Part shown: in pieces, positions 1-11,898 of the stretch
Layout of the letters: every line of letters begins with the position of its first letter
How positions within the stretch are numbered: the stretch's first letter is position 1
NCBI GenBank assembly: GCA_963693365.1
Contig: CAVNZM010000012.1
Span: forward strand, 3,879,292-3,943,291
DNA length: 64,000 nucleotides
Origin: Amoebidium appalachense
Lineage: Eukaryota; Protista; Ichthyosporea
Reading direction: 5' to 3'
Position numbers and translations under genes: made by a program
Notes under the pieces: generated by a model
The model's database searches: none
What the model was told of the DNA's origin: nothing
The model's input: only the letters and a program-made list of their open reading frames with translations

Positions 1-1514
1 ACAGGTCGGATAGAGAAGAGAGGGTGGGAGGGCAAATACTTCTTTAAGCGGCTTATGTGCTTATTGAATTTCAGCGCGAGATAGGATACTCTAGCAGCTA
101 TTGGGACAAGACCATATATCGACTCGGAGAGCGTTACAGGCCCAGGTTTACAACAGTTGTTAGATAGAAAGGAGGCAACTTCTGCTTCAAGGAAATTTGC
201 CAGGGGTTTAAGCGCTCTAGTTCTCTCTTTCTTGATCCAAGCGGCGAGAAGGGGTAAACCATATTCACATGCCGGGAAGACAAAAGTGCGAATAAATGTA
301 AGTCTAATAGAAGGATGGAGGGGTGTGTCTTTAAAAATATTAGCCGAGAAGAAAGCTAACCGCTTACGAGCCAACTCTACCCTCTTTTCGACCATATGGG
401 GAAACATAACACCAACAGAATCAACCGGAACACCAAGATATTTGTATTCTGGAACTATAGGTACAGGTTTAGATGATAATGTAAATGTGTGTAAATTGTT
501 AGCTATATCAGGTACAAGAACACCACATTTGTCTATGTTAAGGATCATAAGGTTTGCCTTGCACCACTCTGACACTACATCGAACAATCTTTGCAGGCGT
601 CTAGGGGTACGGGCAAGGAGGGACAGATCATCAGCATAGAGAAGTGCAGGCGGAAAGTTATTAATAGGGTCATCGTTTTCGGCGTAAATCTTGACAGCCA
701 AATCATCTATAAATAGGTTAAACAAAAAGGGGCTAAGCAATGAACCCTGCAAGAGACCTCTAGTACGAGCAAAACCATATGAAAGATGCCCATTAACCAC
801 AGCTCTACCATAGGTTTGAGACAAGAGTGCTTCTAACAGAACACCAATGCAGTGTGGTACACCCCGTGCAGCAAGCTTTTCCCATAGGAGACCAGGGGAG
901 ACAGAATCGTAAGCAGTTTTCCAATCAATAAAGCCAACATATTGTGCACCAACTTGCATAGAATCGTGCAGTGCCATTATTTGAACATAACATGAATTGT
1001 TTTTACGAAAAGCGGATTGGCATGGGTGTATGTGAAGAATAGATTGAAACCTAGGGTGATGTGCAAATAACCTAAGTAAGCAAGCTTCAAAGAATCTACG
1101 AACAACCTGGGTTAGTGTAATGGGGCGAAAGGATGATATGGGGCCCTCAGAGTCCTTCTTAACTATGGGGATCACTAAGGTATCTAACCAAGATGACGGG
1201 ACATGTCCACATTTAACACACCAAGAAAAGAGAGAGCTTAACATGATAGTAAGATCAGGTTTAATAGCACGATCACTTTCCTTTTGTGGGTAGGAGGGAA
1301 CAAGGATTTTAAGAAACCCAGCAGGGAGTCCATCAGGTCCACAAGACTTACTAGAGCTATAACTAGATATCACAGACCATATGGCATCGGGACTGAAAAA
1401 GGGGAGGATCGATTCTATGGGGATAGATGGGTCTACAGGCCACACAATAGGTTTCTGAGCGGGGGTCCTATCTTTAAACAGTTCCGAGAAATACTTATCA
1501 GAGTCTATGAGGGG
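1..1514 (-). CDS. LINE ORF2, reverse transcriptase part (runs off the window edge, so absent from the ORF track)
   Basis: Manual minus-strand translation gives KSCGPDG, RGLLQGSLLSPFLFNLFIDD, PALLYADDL and YKYLGV, which are canonical non-LTR RT motifs. Confidence 0.95.
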
Positions 1515-2156
1515 TGTCGTATCCTAATGTATGTGTACTAGAGACGCGGCACTCTACTAAGTGTACACACACGAAAAGGAACGAACGTGTACAGAAAAAC
1601 GGTAAAGTTTATTAAGACCAGGCTCCGACGGGCAAACTTAGAACCGTACGGATTGAGTCTAAGTTACGACTGAGGCCATCAAGGCCGTGCCCTACAAGAT
1701 CATCATCACCTGGCCCCCTACGATGCCACATTCCATTAACATTCCGATCTACTTTTATCGTGCGCCTGCACGAGCTAAGTCGATCTACTCAACTAATATA
1801 TTTATCCAAGTCTCACCCCTCACCCTCCCCCTAGTGGCACCGCAGAGTCTAAATCTACATTTCATACTATCCTCCCCCCCCCCTCCCTCCCCCCCTTTCC
1901 TCTACATCTAAATATATAAATACGTTTGGCAACATATACTATCAAACCTTGCCAATCCTTACAAAAGGGCTTCTGCCCGAACAATGACATTCCTAAGTCC
2001 TCCTACGATCTATCCTACACACTAATTAGAATTCTATTGGACGGCTGTCCCGGCTGACGTGGTCCAATGCCCTGCGCCGGCAGAGGCAAGATGCACGCAG
2101 CTGTACAGCTATCTTGAGGCCCCGGACTTGATCTTGATGATCTGTGGACCCGGGCC

Positions 2157-2190
<34 letters not shown>

Positions 2191-2241
2191 ATCTCGATCG
2201 TAGACTTAGGCTAATCTGCTGAGACGGATTAGTATATGTCA
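1515..2241 (-). repeat. 3' LTR (727 bp)
   Basis: Starts tgtcgtatcc and ends gtatatgtca; direct repeat of 9170-9890. Confidence 0.97.
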
Positions 2242-2260
2242 ACTCCCCCCCGGCCCCCGG
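2242..2260 (-). other. Polypurine tract (plus-strand primer site)
   Basis: G-rich tract on the element's sense strand immediately before the 3' LTR (plus strand actcccccccggcccccgg). Confidence 0.7.
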
Positions 2261-2508
2261 AAAAGCTGAGTCCCACCTCAGTCACATTACATCTAACACC
2301 CCCTAAAAAGACATAGACTAATCAGTCTCCTAAAAAAAATTAAATTAAATAAATTACGAAGAAAAATAATAAATTAATCTACACCATAAGCTTGATACCT
2401 ACGGAGACACCTATGATAATAAATTAAATTCCTACGACTACGTTCACACTCCTCCTCGGTCTCCCTCCCCTCCCTCCCCCTCCCCCCGTGTGTCTACGTG
2501 TATTTGCA

Positions 2509-5500
2509 TCACTCCCCCCCCCCGGCCCCCTCCCCCACCGACTTTTTCACACCACGATTAAACTGAGGAATAACTCTCTTTGGCCGAGAGGGAGCACTAG
2601 GCAACTCCCTCTGCACTAATCTAGCCTCATAAGCACGAATAGAAAACGGGCAATCCAAATGAAACTCAGGCAACCACTGATCTTCCTGATAACCTCCCTC
2701 AAAACGAATTAAATAATAATTTACCTTACCTTCCTTACCTTCGATAACCTTTTTATCCATAATTTTATCTACTGCAGCCTCCGATACATCCACCGACCCG
2801 TCATAGTCGGGGGTGAATGCATCTAACACTCGACGGCCCTCCGGCCGTTTAACCCTAAGGGCCCTATCATAATATTCCTTTATATCATCTACATTATAAA
2901 ATCTAACATCACTCTCATTATCTAACCTCTGCACCTTATATTCCGTCGGACCTAACCTAGCCACTATTTTATACGGACCGATAAAAAGAGGCAACCATTT
3001 CTTACCATACTTACGAAGACCTTCACCTTCACCCTTACCTTCCTGCTCCTGCTTATATCTCTTCTTCCTAGTATGATCCCTAATTAAAACTAAAGTACCC
3101 TCGGCAAATTCACGTAACGGACGTGTGGACACGTCTGTACGTGCCTGTGCCTGCTGTGTACGGGCCAGAGCTGCATCACGTGCAGCCCGGGCCCGGGTTA
3201 GTAGCTGCTCCCGGAACTCAGTCCAGTGGGGATAAGTTAGTCGGTCAGCCCCCCCCATCGGCAAAAGTGCCGTATCTAACAAACTAATAGCCTGCTGCCC
3301 ATAGACCAAATAAAACGGAGAAAAACCAGTCACAGCATGAGGGGTAGAATTATATGAATGAGCAATAAACCTAGACATATGATCCCAATCATTAGCCTCC
3401 ACATCCACCATTTTGCCAAAGGACTTCTGAAACACTGCATGCACACGTTCAGAGATGGCATTTGCTTGAGGGTGATATGCAGACGTAGTGATATGAGCTA
3501 CCCTTAAAATTTTACACACCTCCGACACCAACTGATTTAAAAACACACGACTCCTATCCGTTAACAAAACACGAGGACAACCAAACCTAAGACAAATTTC
3601 ATCCACAAAAATACGAGCAAACAAAACGGCATTAGCAGTGGGGAGAGGAAAAACTTCAACCCAACGAGTGGCCACATCGGTGACGGTAACAAGAACAGTG
3701 TTACCCTCAACCGTAAAATTAAAAGGACCGACCACATCCACTGCTACCCTTTCAAACATACGAACATTAAAATCCCTAATAAACGACGGGCGGGAACGAG
3801 AGTGGGGACTCTCATTCCTTTCCTGACAATGCATGCATGACAACACATAATCCCTCACCTCCCTACTCATACCCGGCCAAAAATACGAACGATTAACACG
3901 AAGCAACGTCCTATTTACACCTAAATGACCAGCCATGGGATGCTCATGCACCATATGCAAAACCTCAGGCACAAGTGCCGTCGGGACCCAAACTCGGTGT
4001 CCGTCTGGCCCAGAACAATGATAAACTAAATCCTGCTCTACCTGACACATTTTTGCTAACTTAGCTACCTTAATCATCTGCCTTTTATTTGTAAATTTAA
4101 TCGAATCAACCGGCCCCTTTAAATAATTCTTAACCAGACCAATCAACACATCTTCCTCCTGAGCTAAGATCAAAGCCGTAGGTGCTAAGGCAGGGGCCGA
4201 GCCATGAGACTCGGTCCCGACCTCAGACACCGACAAATACCTCCCCCCCCCTCTCCTACACTTATAAGCAAGCAACCCCGGAACCCAAGAAGACACATCC
4301 ACAGACACAGCATCTATTCCTTTCTGCTCACTCGCCCCCCCCTTCCCCCCCTCCCCCCCGTCTCTCACTATCCCCCCCTCCCCCTCCTTCTCTTCTTCAA
4401 ACAAAATATAAGCAGCACGAGAGAGAGCATCACAGTCGACCATTGTTTCACCCTTGGCATAAAACAATTTATAGGAGAACTCACCGAGAGCCGCGGCCCA
4501 CTTCTGCATCCTCTCGTTGACCAGACGAGTGGTGCCGGCCATGGCTAGGCAGGGCTTGTGGTCGGTGTAGACCTCGAACGACCTGCCTGCGAGTATGTAC
4601 CTCCATGCCTGTGAGACTGCCCAAAAGATAGCATGGGACTCTCTCTCCGGATTGCTAAATCTACGTTCACTTTTACTAAACGAACGACTAGCATAAGCAA
4701 TCACTCTATCCTGCCCCTCCTGCACTTGATATAACACTGCCCCCTCAGCAACCTTACTTGCATCACATCGAACTTTAAACATCCCCCCCCCCCCCCCCGG
4801 CCGAAAAATCAGGATGAACAAGCATACTCGAAGACTGCAAAGCTAACTTAAGCTTTTCGAAAGCAGAAACAGCATCAACATTCCAATCTATTCTATTCTT
4901 CTTCTCCCCCCCCGTCTGACTAGTTAACGGCAAAGCAAGCATACTATAGTCCTTAATATAACGACGAAGATAATTAGTTAAACCTAAAAATTGCCTTAGT
5001 TGAGTGACAGTCTGAGGACGGGGCCACTCAACTATGGCCCGGATTTTCTCCGGATCAGGGGAAAGACCATTACTAGACACAATATGACCTAAAAACTTAA
5101 CCTCCGGCACACCAATCACAGTCTTGCTACCGCTAATACGAAGACCAGACTCACCCAAAGCTAAAAATACTTTTTCACAATTATTAACTAACTCCTCAAA
5201 TGACCTACCTTTAATTAAAACATCATCCAAATAAGGGTGGCATACATCCAAATGAGGGTGGAGAATTTTATACATTACCCGGCACAACATAGCTGGAGAG
5301 GAGAGCAAACCCATCGGCACCACCTTGTACTGGAACAGCTGGTCACCCAGTGCAAAGGCAGTCTTCTCCTTGCTGCTCTCCTCCAACCTTATCTGCCAAA
5401 AAGCTGCTTTTAAATCAAGTTTAGCAAAGTGAGTATAGCCGTGCAGCTGTGAAAGCTGCTCGTCTATGTTAGGGAGAGGCCATTGGTCTGCCTTAGTGAT

Positions 5501-7672
5501 CCGATTCAGAGCCCTGTAATCGTTCACTAGGCGCCAAGACCCGTCGGGCTTCTTAACCAATAGCACCGGACTTCTCCACGGACTCGAACTATGCTCCACA
5601 TGACCCTTTTTTAACATATCACTCACTATTATTAGCGCATCCGACAATTTATACTGCTCCATTCTATAGCTAGGCATCACTACCGGCCTATTATCACCTG
5701 TGTCGATCTGCATTTCAAACCCTTTAACGAAGCCTACTTCGTTATCATCGGCCAGAAATGCAAACCGAGTCCTATCAAATAACTTAGCTAGCAATTTTTT
5801 CTGTTCTACCGTCCAATCCCCCTCCTTCATACCAAACGGCAATACTAACTCCGGGTTACCCCCATCACAAGTGGATGCATCCTTATTCACCGGAGTGCCA
5901 CTCAACATTTCACCTCCTGTATTACATCGGTGCTGCTCGGGGTGAGGTTGAGGTACCTCCGGATATAGGCGGTCACCCTTAGCACCCCCCCCTCCCCCCG
6001 GCACACCAATGCCCCCGGGCAATTCCTGATGAGTTAGTGCATGTATGTGGGGGGCCAGGTCTGTGGCCACCCTGCCCCCCACGGTGTTGGTTAACCCGTC
6101 AGATCCACGGGTTAGACCAACACCCTCCCCCCTTGCCTGCACATTCTCACACCCGGGGTGACCCTCCTTCCTCTTGGGGGTCGGGGGAGTGGGACCGGTG
6201 CTGTCCCGGTCCCCCCCCCCATCGTGTCGGGTGACATTTTGGTGGCTAACGTTAAATAAAGTTGTTCCCCCTCCTCCTGAGTCACCCTTCGAGCCGGCAT
6301 CCTCCTTTTGGGTAATAAGAGAGACCTCTATACTACCAATCTCATTAGTGAAACTACCGACGGAAACACCTGACCTAATCACTATAGGCTCGATGCCCGG
6401 ATTCACTAATTCTATTTCTATTGTCTTATCCGGCCATACCCTACTAAGGGTCCATTGGGCCACCTCCTGAAATGGGGTTTTCGGAGTAAAAACCCCTAAA
6501 TCCCCTATCCTAACATGATTGCCGGCCCGGACACGTACCGTTTGGCACTGATAAGGCTCGATTACTACTTCAGCTACCGTTCTAGCACCAGACTGATAAC
6601 CGTCGAGCCCATCATGGGTTTTAATTTTAACGCCGGACTGCAATTCTAAAACATTCGTACGTTCAAACAAAGCATTCACATGTCTACGGAAAAATGGGGC
6701 TCCCAACAAAACACTTTGAGCTAAATCCTTAACCACATAACAAGCAATATGCATAGCCTGGCCACCTATCTCACACGGCAACACACAAACACCTTCCACA
6801 GACATACTACTATTATTAGCACTACCTAAGGCTGTGCTAGAAGCATCTAATATAGGAATTTCCCCCCCGGCCTGATTAAAACGATGAATAAACGAAGCAT
6901 GCACACAATTAACCTGAGCCCCTCCATCGAGCAAAGCAACAGCCTTCAACTTACCATCAGCTAACCATACGTCTATATAATGCCGGCTAAAACCAACTAA
7001 ATCCTCCTCCAATTCAAGCAACACATCATCACTCACTCCCAATCCCTGCCCACGAAGACTCACACCCTCGATACCTACGTGCAACATACCTACCTGTGGT
7101 GCCTGCACGGGTGGGGTGGGGTGTGTATGTGATGTGGGTGGTGGTGGAGTGTGTGTGTGTGATGTGTGGGTGGGTGGTGTGTGTGTGTGTGGTGTATGTG
7201 TGGGTGTGTGTGTGGGTGTAGGTGTGTCTGCAACCGTCGTATGTTGTTGTGGTGGTGTGTTTCTATGTGTCTGTGCCTTCCCCCCCCTTCCCCCTTTACT
7301 CGTGTGTGTCCCCCCCCCTCCCGGAAACAATGGCACAGAAACCCCCTCCGGTGTGGTTAGAACAAACACCGGGTTGGGACAAGAAACACTGAGACCATCC
7401 ACTTGTGGCTGGGGAACCTCCCCCAACCACAAAACATTCACACCATTCATACCTTTGGTAGAGTCACCCCACAAACATTCATGCCATACCACCTCGACGC
7501 TGTCTTGAGGACCCACGACGATGCCCGGCTCCCACACGTATCGGGGCGGTGAGGGGGCAAAGGGAAGCTTAACCTGGGGTGGGGGAGGGTGAAGGTTCTC
7601 TGCAACCTGGGGGGGACCGATACTGTCCCCCCCCCCTCCCTCAGTGACCCCAGCTTCCCCCTCCCCCGGAAC
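2509..7672 (-). CDS. pol: Pol polyprotein (protease, RT, RNase H, integrase, chromodomain), with one frameshift at the G16 run near 4783-4798
   Basis: ORF 4775-7537 has ALLDGGAQVN, SSSPWRSPVLLVKK, DYRALN, LDLKAAFWQ and YLDD. ORF 2509-4821 has CDAS/YTDHKP/DALSR RNase H, the HHCC zinc finger, a DDE core, GPY and a C-terminal chromodomain (VDKIMDKK...YYLIRFEG...DQWLPE). The frame stays open upstream of 7537 to the TGA at 7673-7675. Confidence 0.95.
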
Positions 7673-9008
7673 TCAATAGCTCTTGTAACTACGGCAATAT
7701 GCAGCAGAGTGCCCTTGCCGGCCACAAAAGTAACATGCACCAAAGAAGGGGCCAGGGGGGACTTCAAAACCTTGGCGCAAAGCATAACCGGGAGCCCGGT
7801 CATGCTGGGGGGGCCCACCGTGTGCACCACGGCCCCCCCTTCCCCCCTGCCCCCCCTCGGCCTCTCTCACCACCATTTCCACCCCTCCCTCTACCCTGCC
7901 CACCACCACGAGCAAGATAAGGGGCAAACCTCTCGGTGAACTGCTGCTGTTGTCCTCCACGTCCACCTCGGCCACGACCGCCGTGTCCACCCCGGTCGCC
8001 GCCACGGCCACCTCGGAAGCCGAAGCCCCCTCGGCCAGAAAAGACGGCCTGGGAGAGCTCGGCAACCTGCTTGACCAACATGGTGAGTGCATCTGGCTGT
8101 TCACCCTCTTTTTTCTCTTTTTCCCCCTTCTGTCCACTCTCCTTCTTTTTCTTGTCTACTTCCATCACCTCCTTTTTATCCCTCTTATTGAACTTCACCT
8201 CGTGCATGGCAAGCAAGTGACGTTTAACATGCAACACCACCTCATCTACATCATCATGCTCCCCAAACATGCGTGCAGTGTCTGTGTTTACAGAGAGAGC
8301 CTTACGAGCAAACTCGAATTTTTCCCTATCACTCACGTCACCAGCTAACTCACAAAGGTCCTCAAAGACCCGATATTCCCTCTCAAAGAATGCACGAGCT
8401 TCTACGGGGGACATATCTAGTGTGGGAAAGGTATACTTCCATTCTCTGAGCTGGGCCCGGAAGGTACGGCGCCGGTCGGCCGTCAGGTATCGGCCGACGA
8501 GCCGGGCCGTATACTCGAGCTCGTTTTCCGGCCGTGTGAAGGCCTCGAGCTCCCCGTCCACGTCGTCGGTGCTGTTCTCGTCCTCGTCGTCGGGGATGAA
8601 CCGTGCGGCCAGACGTTTCTGGCCGAGTGTCCGGGACACCATCTCGTCCCTCCCCTCGTCGTACTGCTGCTCGTATATACGAGCCGTCACCTGGGGGGCC
8701 TGCTCGGCCCGGTACGGGTGCTCCTCCATCAGGGTGCATAAGTCGGCCATTGTTTTGTGGTCGATGCACTGTTTGATCATTAAGCACGAGGCCGCCACAG
8801 TGGGGGCCTTCTTTGTGTCTAACACTAGTGTGGGTGTGTTAGCTAGGAGTGTCCTAAGCCACCTAGGGATTTCCGAGTCGTGTTTGAGTGTAAAACTGAA
8901 AGCTGTGGTCTGTCTAACGTCTAGTGTATGAACCTGTGGTACCTGTGTGTGCAGGGAGCTATCCTCCGCTGCCAATGCGTAGAACATGTCTACGTTAAAC
9001 TTAGCCAT
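7673..9008 (-). CDS. gag: Gag with RGG-rich region and C-terminal CCHC zinc knuckle (frame change inside G-runs near 7830-7870)
   Basis: 402-aa ORF from the ATG at 9008. The overlapping frame 7673-8137 carries CYFCGRQGHSAAYC. Confidence 0.88.
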
Positions 9009-9046
9009 TGTGTGGTGTGTGCCCTAACTCGTGTGGTTGTGTTTAT

Positions 9047-9083
<37 letters not shown>

Positions 9084-9169
9084 TGTGTTTGAGGTGTAGC
9101 AACAGCCCAGAAGGAACTGTCACCGCGTTACCCTAGCGCGAAAAACCGCACTAAAAGAAAGGTGTAGCT

Positions 9170-9890
9170 TGTCGTATCCTAATGTATGTGTACTAGAGAC
9201 GCGGCACTCTACTAAGTGTACACACACGAAAAGGAACGAACGTGTACAGAAAAACGGTAAAGTTTATTAAGACCAGGCTCCGACGGGCAAACTTAGATCC
9301 GTACGGATTGAGTCTAAGTTACGACTGAGGCCATCAAGGCCGTGCCCTACAAGATCATCATCACCTGGCCCCCTACGATGCCACATTCCATTAACATTCC
9401 GATCTACTTTTATCGTGCGCCTGCACGAGCTAAGTCGATCTACTCAACTAATATATTTATCCAAGTCTCACCCCTCACCCTCCCCCTAGTGGCACCGCAG
9501 AGTCTAAATCTACATTTCATACTATCCTCCCCCCCCCTCCCTCCCCCCTTTCCTCTACATCTAAATATATAAATACGTTTGGCAACATATACTATCAAAC
9601 CTTGCCAATCCTTACAAAAGGGCTTCTGCCCGAACAATGACATTCCTAAGTCCTCCTACGATCTATCCTACACACTAATTAGAATTCTATTGGACGGCTG
9701 TCCCGGCTGACGTGGTCCAATGCCCTGCGCCGGCAGAGGCAAGATGCACGCAGCTGTACAGCTATCTTGAGGCCCCGGACTTGATCTTGATGATCTGTGG
9801 ACCCGGGCCACCCCCCCCCCCCCCCCCCCCCCCCCCCCGATCTCGATCGTAGACTTAGGCTAATCTGCTGAGACGGATTAGTATATGTCA
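9170..9890 (-). repeat. 5' LTR (721 bp)
   Basis: Direct repeat of 1515-2241. By eye it differs by one substitution (ttagaacc vs ttagatcc) plus C-run lengths. Confidence 0.97.
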
Positions 9891-10931
9891 AGGGGGTCTC
9901 CAGTGGTATCACCAATAATACGAGCAGGGGGGCCAAATCGATTCATACTAGCAAGCCGGCGCAAGCTTTCCTTTTGAGACAGGGGTTCACCTAGTCTAGC
10001 GGGAGTGGTGTTTGGTAACAAGAGAGCATCGGGATATTCCTTCCTACCACCGCCAGCATAATCACCGAGATCTATCAAATCATCAACAATAAAGTTAGTG
10101 CATGTATCTAGTACGAGATGTGAATCTGGCCTGGCTTGTGCAGATTCTAATAGGCGCATATATATAGGGTGTTTCGTAGCATAGCATACACATACATCGA
10201 CTCTACCCCACTGTGACTTAAGCTGGGATAGACCGAGGCGAAAGGTGGGAGGAGGAGGGGGGAGCAGATCAAGGGAGATCTTAGGTAGGAAAAGGATAGG
10301 AGAGTGGTCAGATGACCTAGAGAGGTTAGGAGGGAGAGAGAGTTTTGACATGGTTGATGGCCAAAAGGCCACTCCCCAGTCGGTGTTGTGGGCATGGGAT
10401 ATTTGAGGGAACCGCAAAGTGTGACTTTGGACATACCTTGCTAAAGGGATAGCACGCTCCGGGGGCTTAGATGGGTACCCGACACTCACTTGCAGTGTGT
10501 CTGTGTGGTGGAGTCGCGTGTTAAAATCACCTAAAAATAACAGTGGACATTGGTAACTGTGACAACTCGTGAGTCAATTCGACAACCGACATAGATGGTG
10601 GGTAATATACAAAAGTAAAAACATTAGAAAGAAACTCTATAGAAACCGAGAATTCCGTTTTTGCTACCGGTTTGCACTTCACTCTCACGTGTGGTGCGGC
10701 AAGTACAATAATGCCTCGGTTTTTCGCGTAACCGGGGTGTGTGGATGTGTCGACCAATGTAGAGTTGAATTTGTGGTGGTTTTTAAACTGTGTTTCGCAA
10801 ATCACTGTAAACGTGTGGTTGTTTGTCTGTTGTTGTATGTAGCTGATTTTATCGTCGAGTGTCCCGGGGGGGAGGCCCTTTTGGGGGCCCAGTGTCCGAG
10901 CATTCCAGAAGAAGAAGGATAAATTAGGCAT
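9891..10931 (-). CDS. LINE ORF2, N-terminal APE endonuclease part (one frameshift in a T-run near 10533-10537)
   Basis: FFFWNART, VICETQ, FVYYPP, GDFNTR (after a 1-nt shift) and SDHSPI motifs. The start ATG overlaps the end of ORF1. Confidence 0.88.
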
Positions 10932-11898
10932 CGGTTTGGTCCGACACCTGTGGGGTTGGTTCCCACTTGTCGCTTACGGGGTCGTATGCACGACCTTCCG
11001 CCAGCGCGAACAGTTCGCAGAAGAGCTCGATTTCCATCTCGCATCGGCGTTTGCGCTCGAGCAGTTTCTCACCAGAAAACATTGGTTCCTTCGTGTCCGT
11101 GTCTATCACGCTCGTAGCATCGTTTTCCAACTTTGCGAGGAACTCTTTTGCCTTGCTGATGCGTACACGACAACGTGTGGCGCACGCATTCTTAGCAGAC
11201 ACTTTACGTTCTTTGTCTGCTTTCTGAATGTTTTCCGGCGCGCATGGGTCGTAGCTTGGGAGGTGGGTGAAGAAGCTTCCACACCCCTTTGTCGCGTCTC
11301 GGATGAACGCACGGTTATAGTCGCCCCGTACTGCTACTTCCAGCACATCGTATCCAATGAAGGACAGACAAAGGATGCGAGAGCACCGAAAGCCGAGAGC
11401 CTTGAAGATGGACCACATGGCCCTGTGTGGGCGTCTGCCGTGCTTGACTTTGAAATACACCCTCTCGTATTTGGGTGGGATGTTGATGTTACCGTTTGCT
11501 TGGGTGTTCCCCTTAGCCGGCGGTTTGGGAGGGGAGTTGCGGCGGTACTCGTTGCCTGCAAGAATGCTGGCATATGTTTCCTTGGCAATTTGGCGGAGCT
11601 CGGGTGTTTTACGAGAGTTCGCATATTCTAGGAACTCTGCCGGGAGCTGTGCTTCCGGTCCTGTGTTGTTTTGTGTTGGGGTGGAAATGTCTCCGTCGCG
11701 AGATGTTTGCTCATGAGTTTTGGGGTTTTGCGATCCACTAATGTTTAGCTGGGCTGTGAGTGAATCAATGGTGAGCTTGAGTTGGGTATTTTCTGTTTGG
11801 AGTTTTTCTATCATGTTCTTGAGTGGTAACAGCTCATTTAGCTGTTTCTTAACGAGGGCAAGTTCTGCCAGTACTGTATCAACCGAAAGTTTCGGCAT
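10924..11898 (-). CDS. LINE ORF1 protein (N-terminal coiled coil, putative RNA-binding domain)
   Basis: 324-aa ATG ORF directly upstream of the APE ORF, with leucine heptads in residues 1-50 and no CCHC knuckle. Confidence 0.85.
   Translation of the reverse strand: MPKLSVDTVLAELALVKKQLNELLPLKNMIEKLQTENTQLKLTIDSLTAQLNISGSQNPKTHEQTSRDGDISTPTQNNTGPEAQLPAEFLEYANSRKTPELRQIAKETYASILAGNEYRRNSPPKPPAKGNTQANGNINIPPKYERVYFKVKHGRRPHRAMWSIFKALGFRCSRILCLSFIGYDVLEVAVRGDYNRAFIRDATKGCGSFFTHLPSYDPCAPENIQKADKERKVSAKNACATRCRVRISKAKEFLAKLENDATSVIDTDTKEPMFSGEKLLERKRRCEMEIELFCELFALAEGRAYDPVSDKWEPTPQVSDQTDA

Larger units (their letters stand above)
1515..9890 (-). mobile_element. Full-length Ty3/Gypsy chromovirus-type LTR retrotransposon
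   Basis: Two near-identical TG...CA LTRs, AGGGG target-site duplication at 1510-1514 and 9891-9895, and domain order gag-PR-RT-RNaseH-IN-chromodomain. Confidence 0.97.

Noticed and set aside
157-2242. Plus-strand ORFs over the LINE RT and small ORFs within the LTRs
   Set aside because: These are antisense shadows or LTR-internal ORFs with no recognisable motifs.
4775-4821. Programmed frameshift between RT and RNase H
   Set aside because: It falls in a 16-nt G homopolymer inside an essential region. A run-length error or slippage mutation is the simpler explanation.
7800-7900. Programmed frameshift within gag before the zinc knuckle
   Set aside because: It lies among several G-runs with no recognisable slippery heptamer, and cannot be told apart from a homopolymer error.
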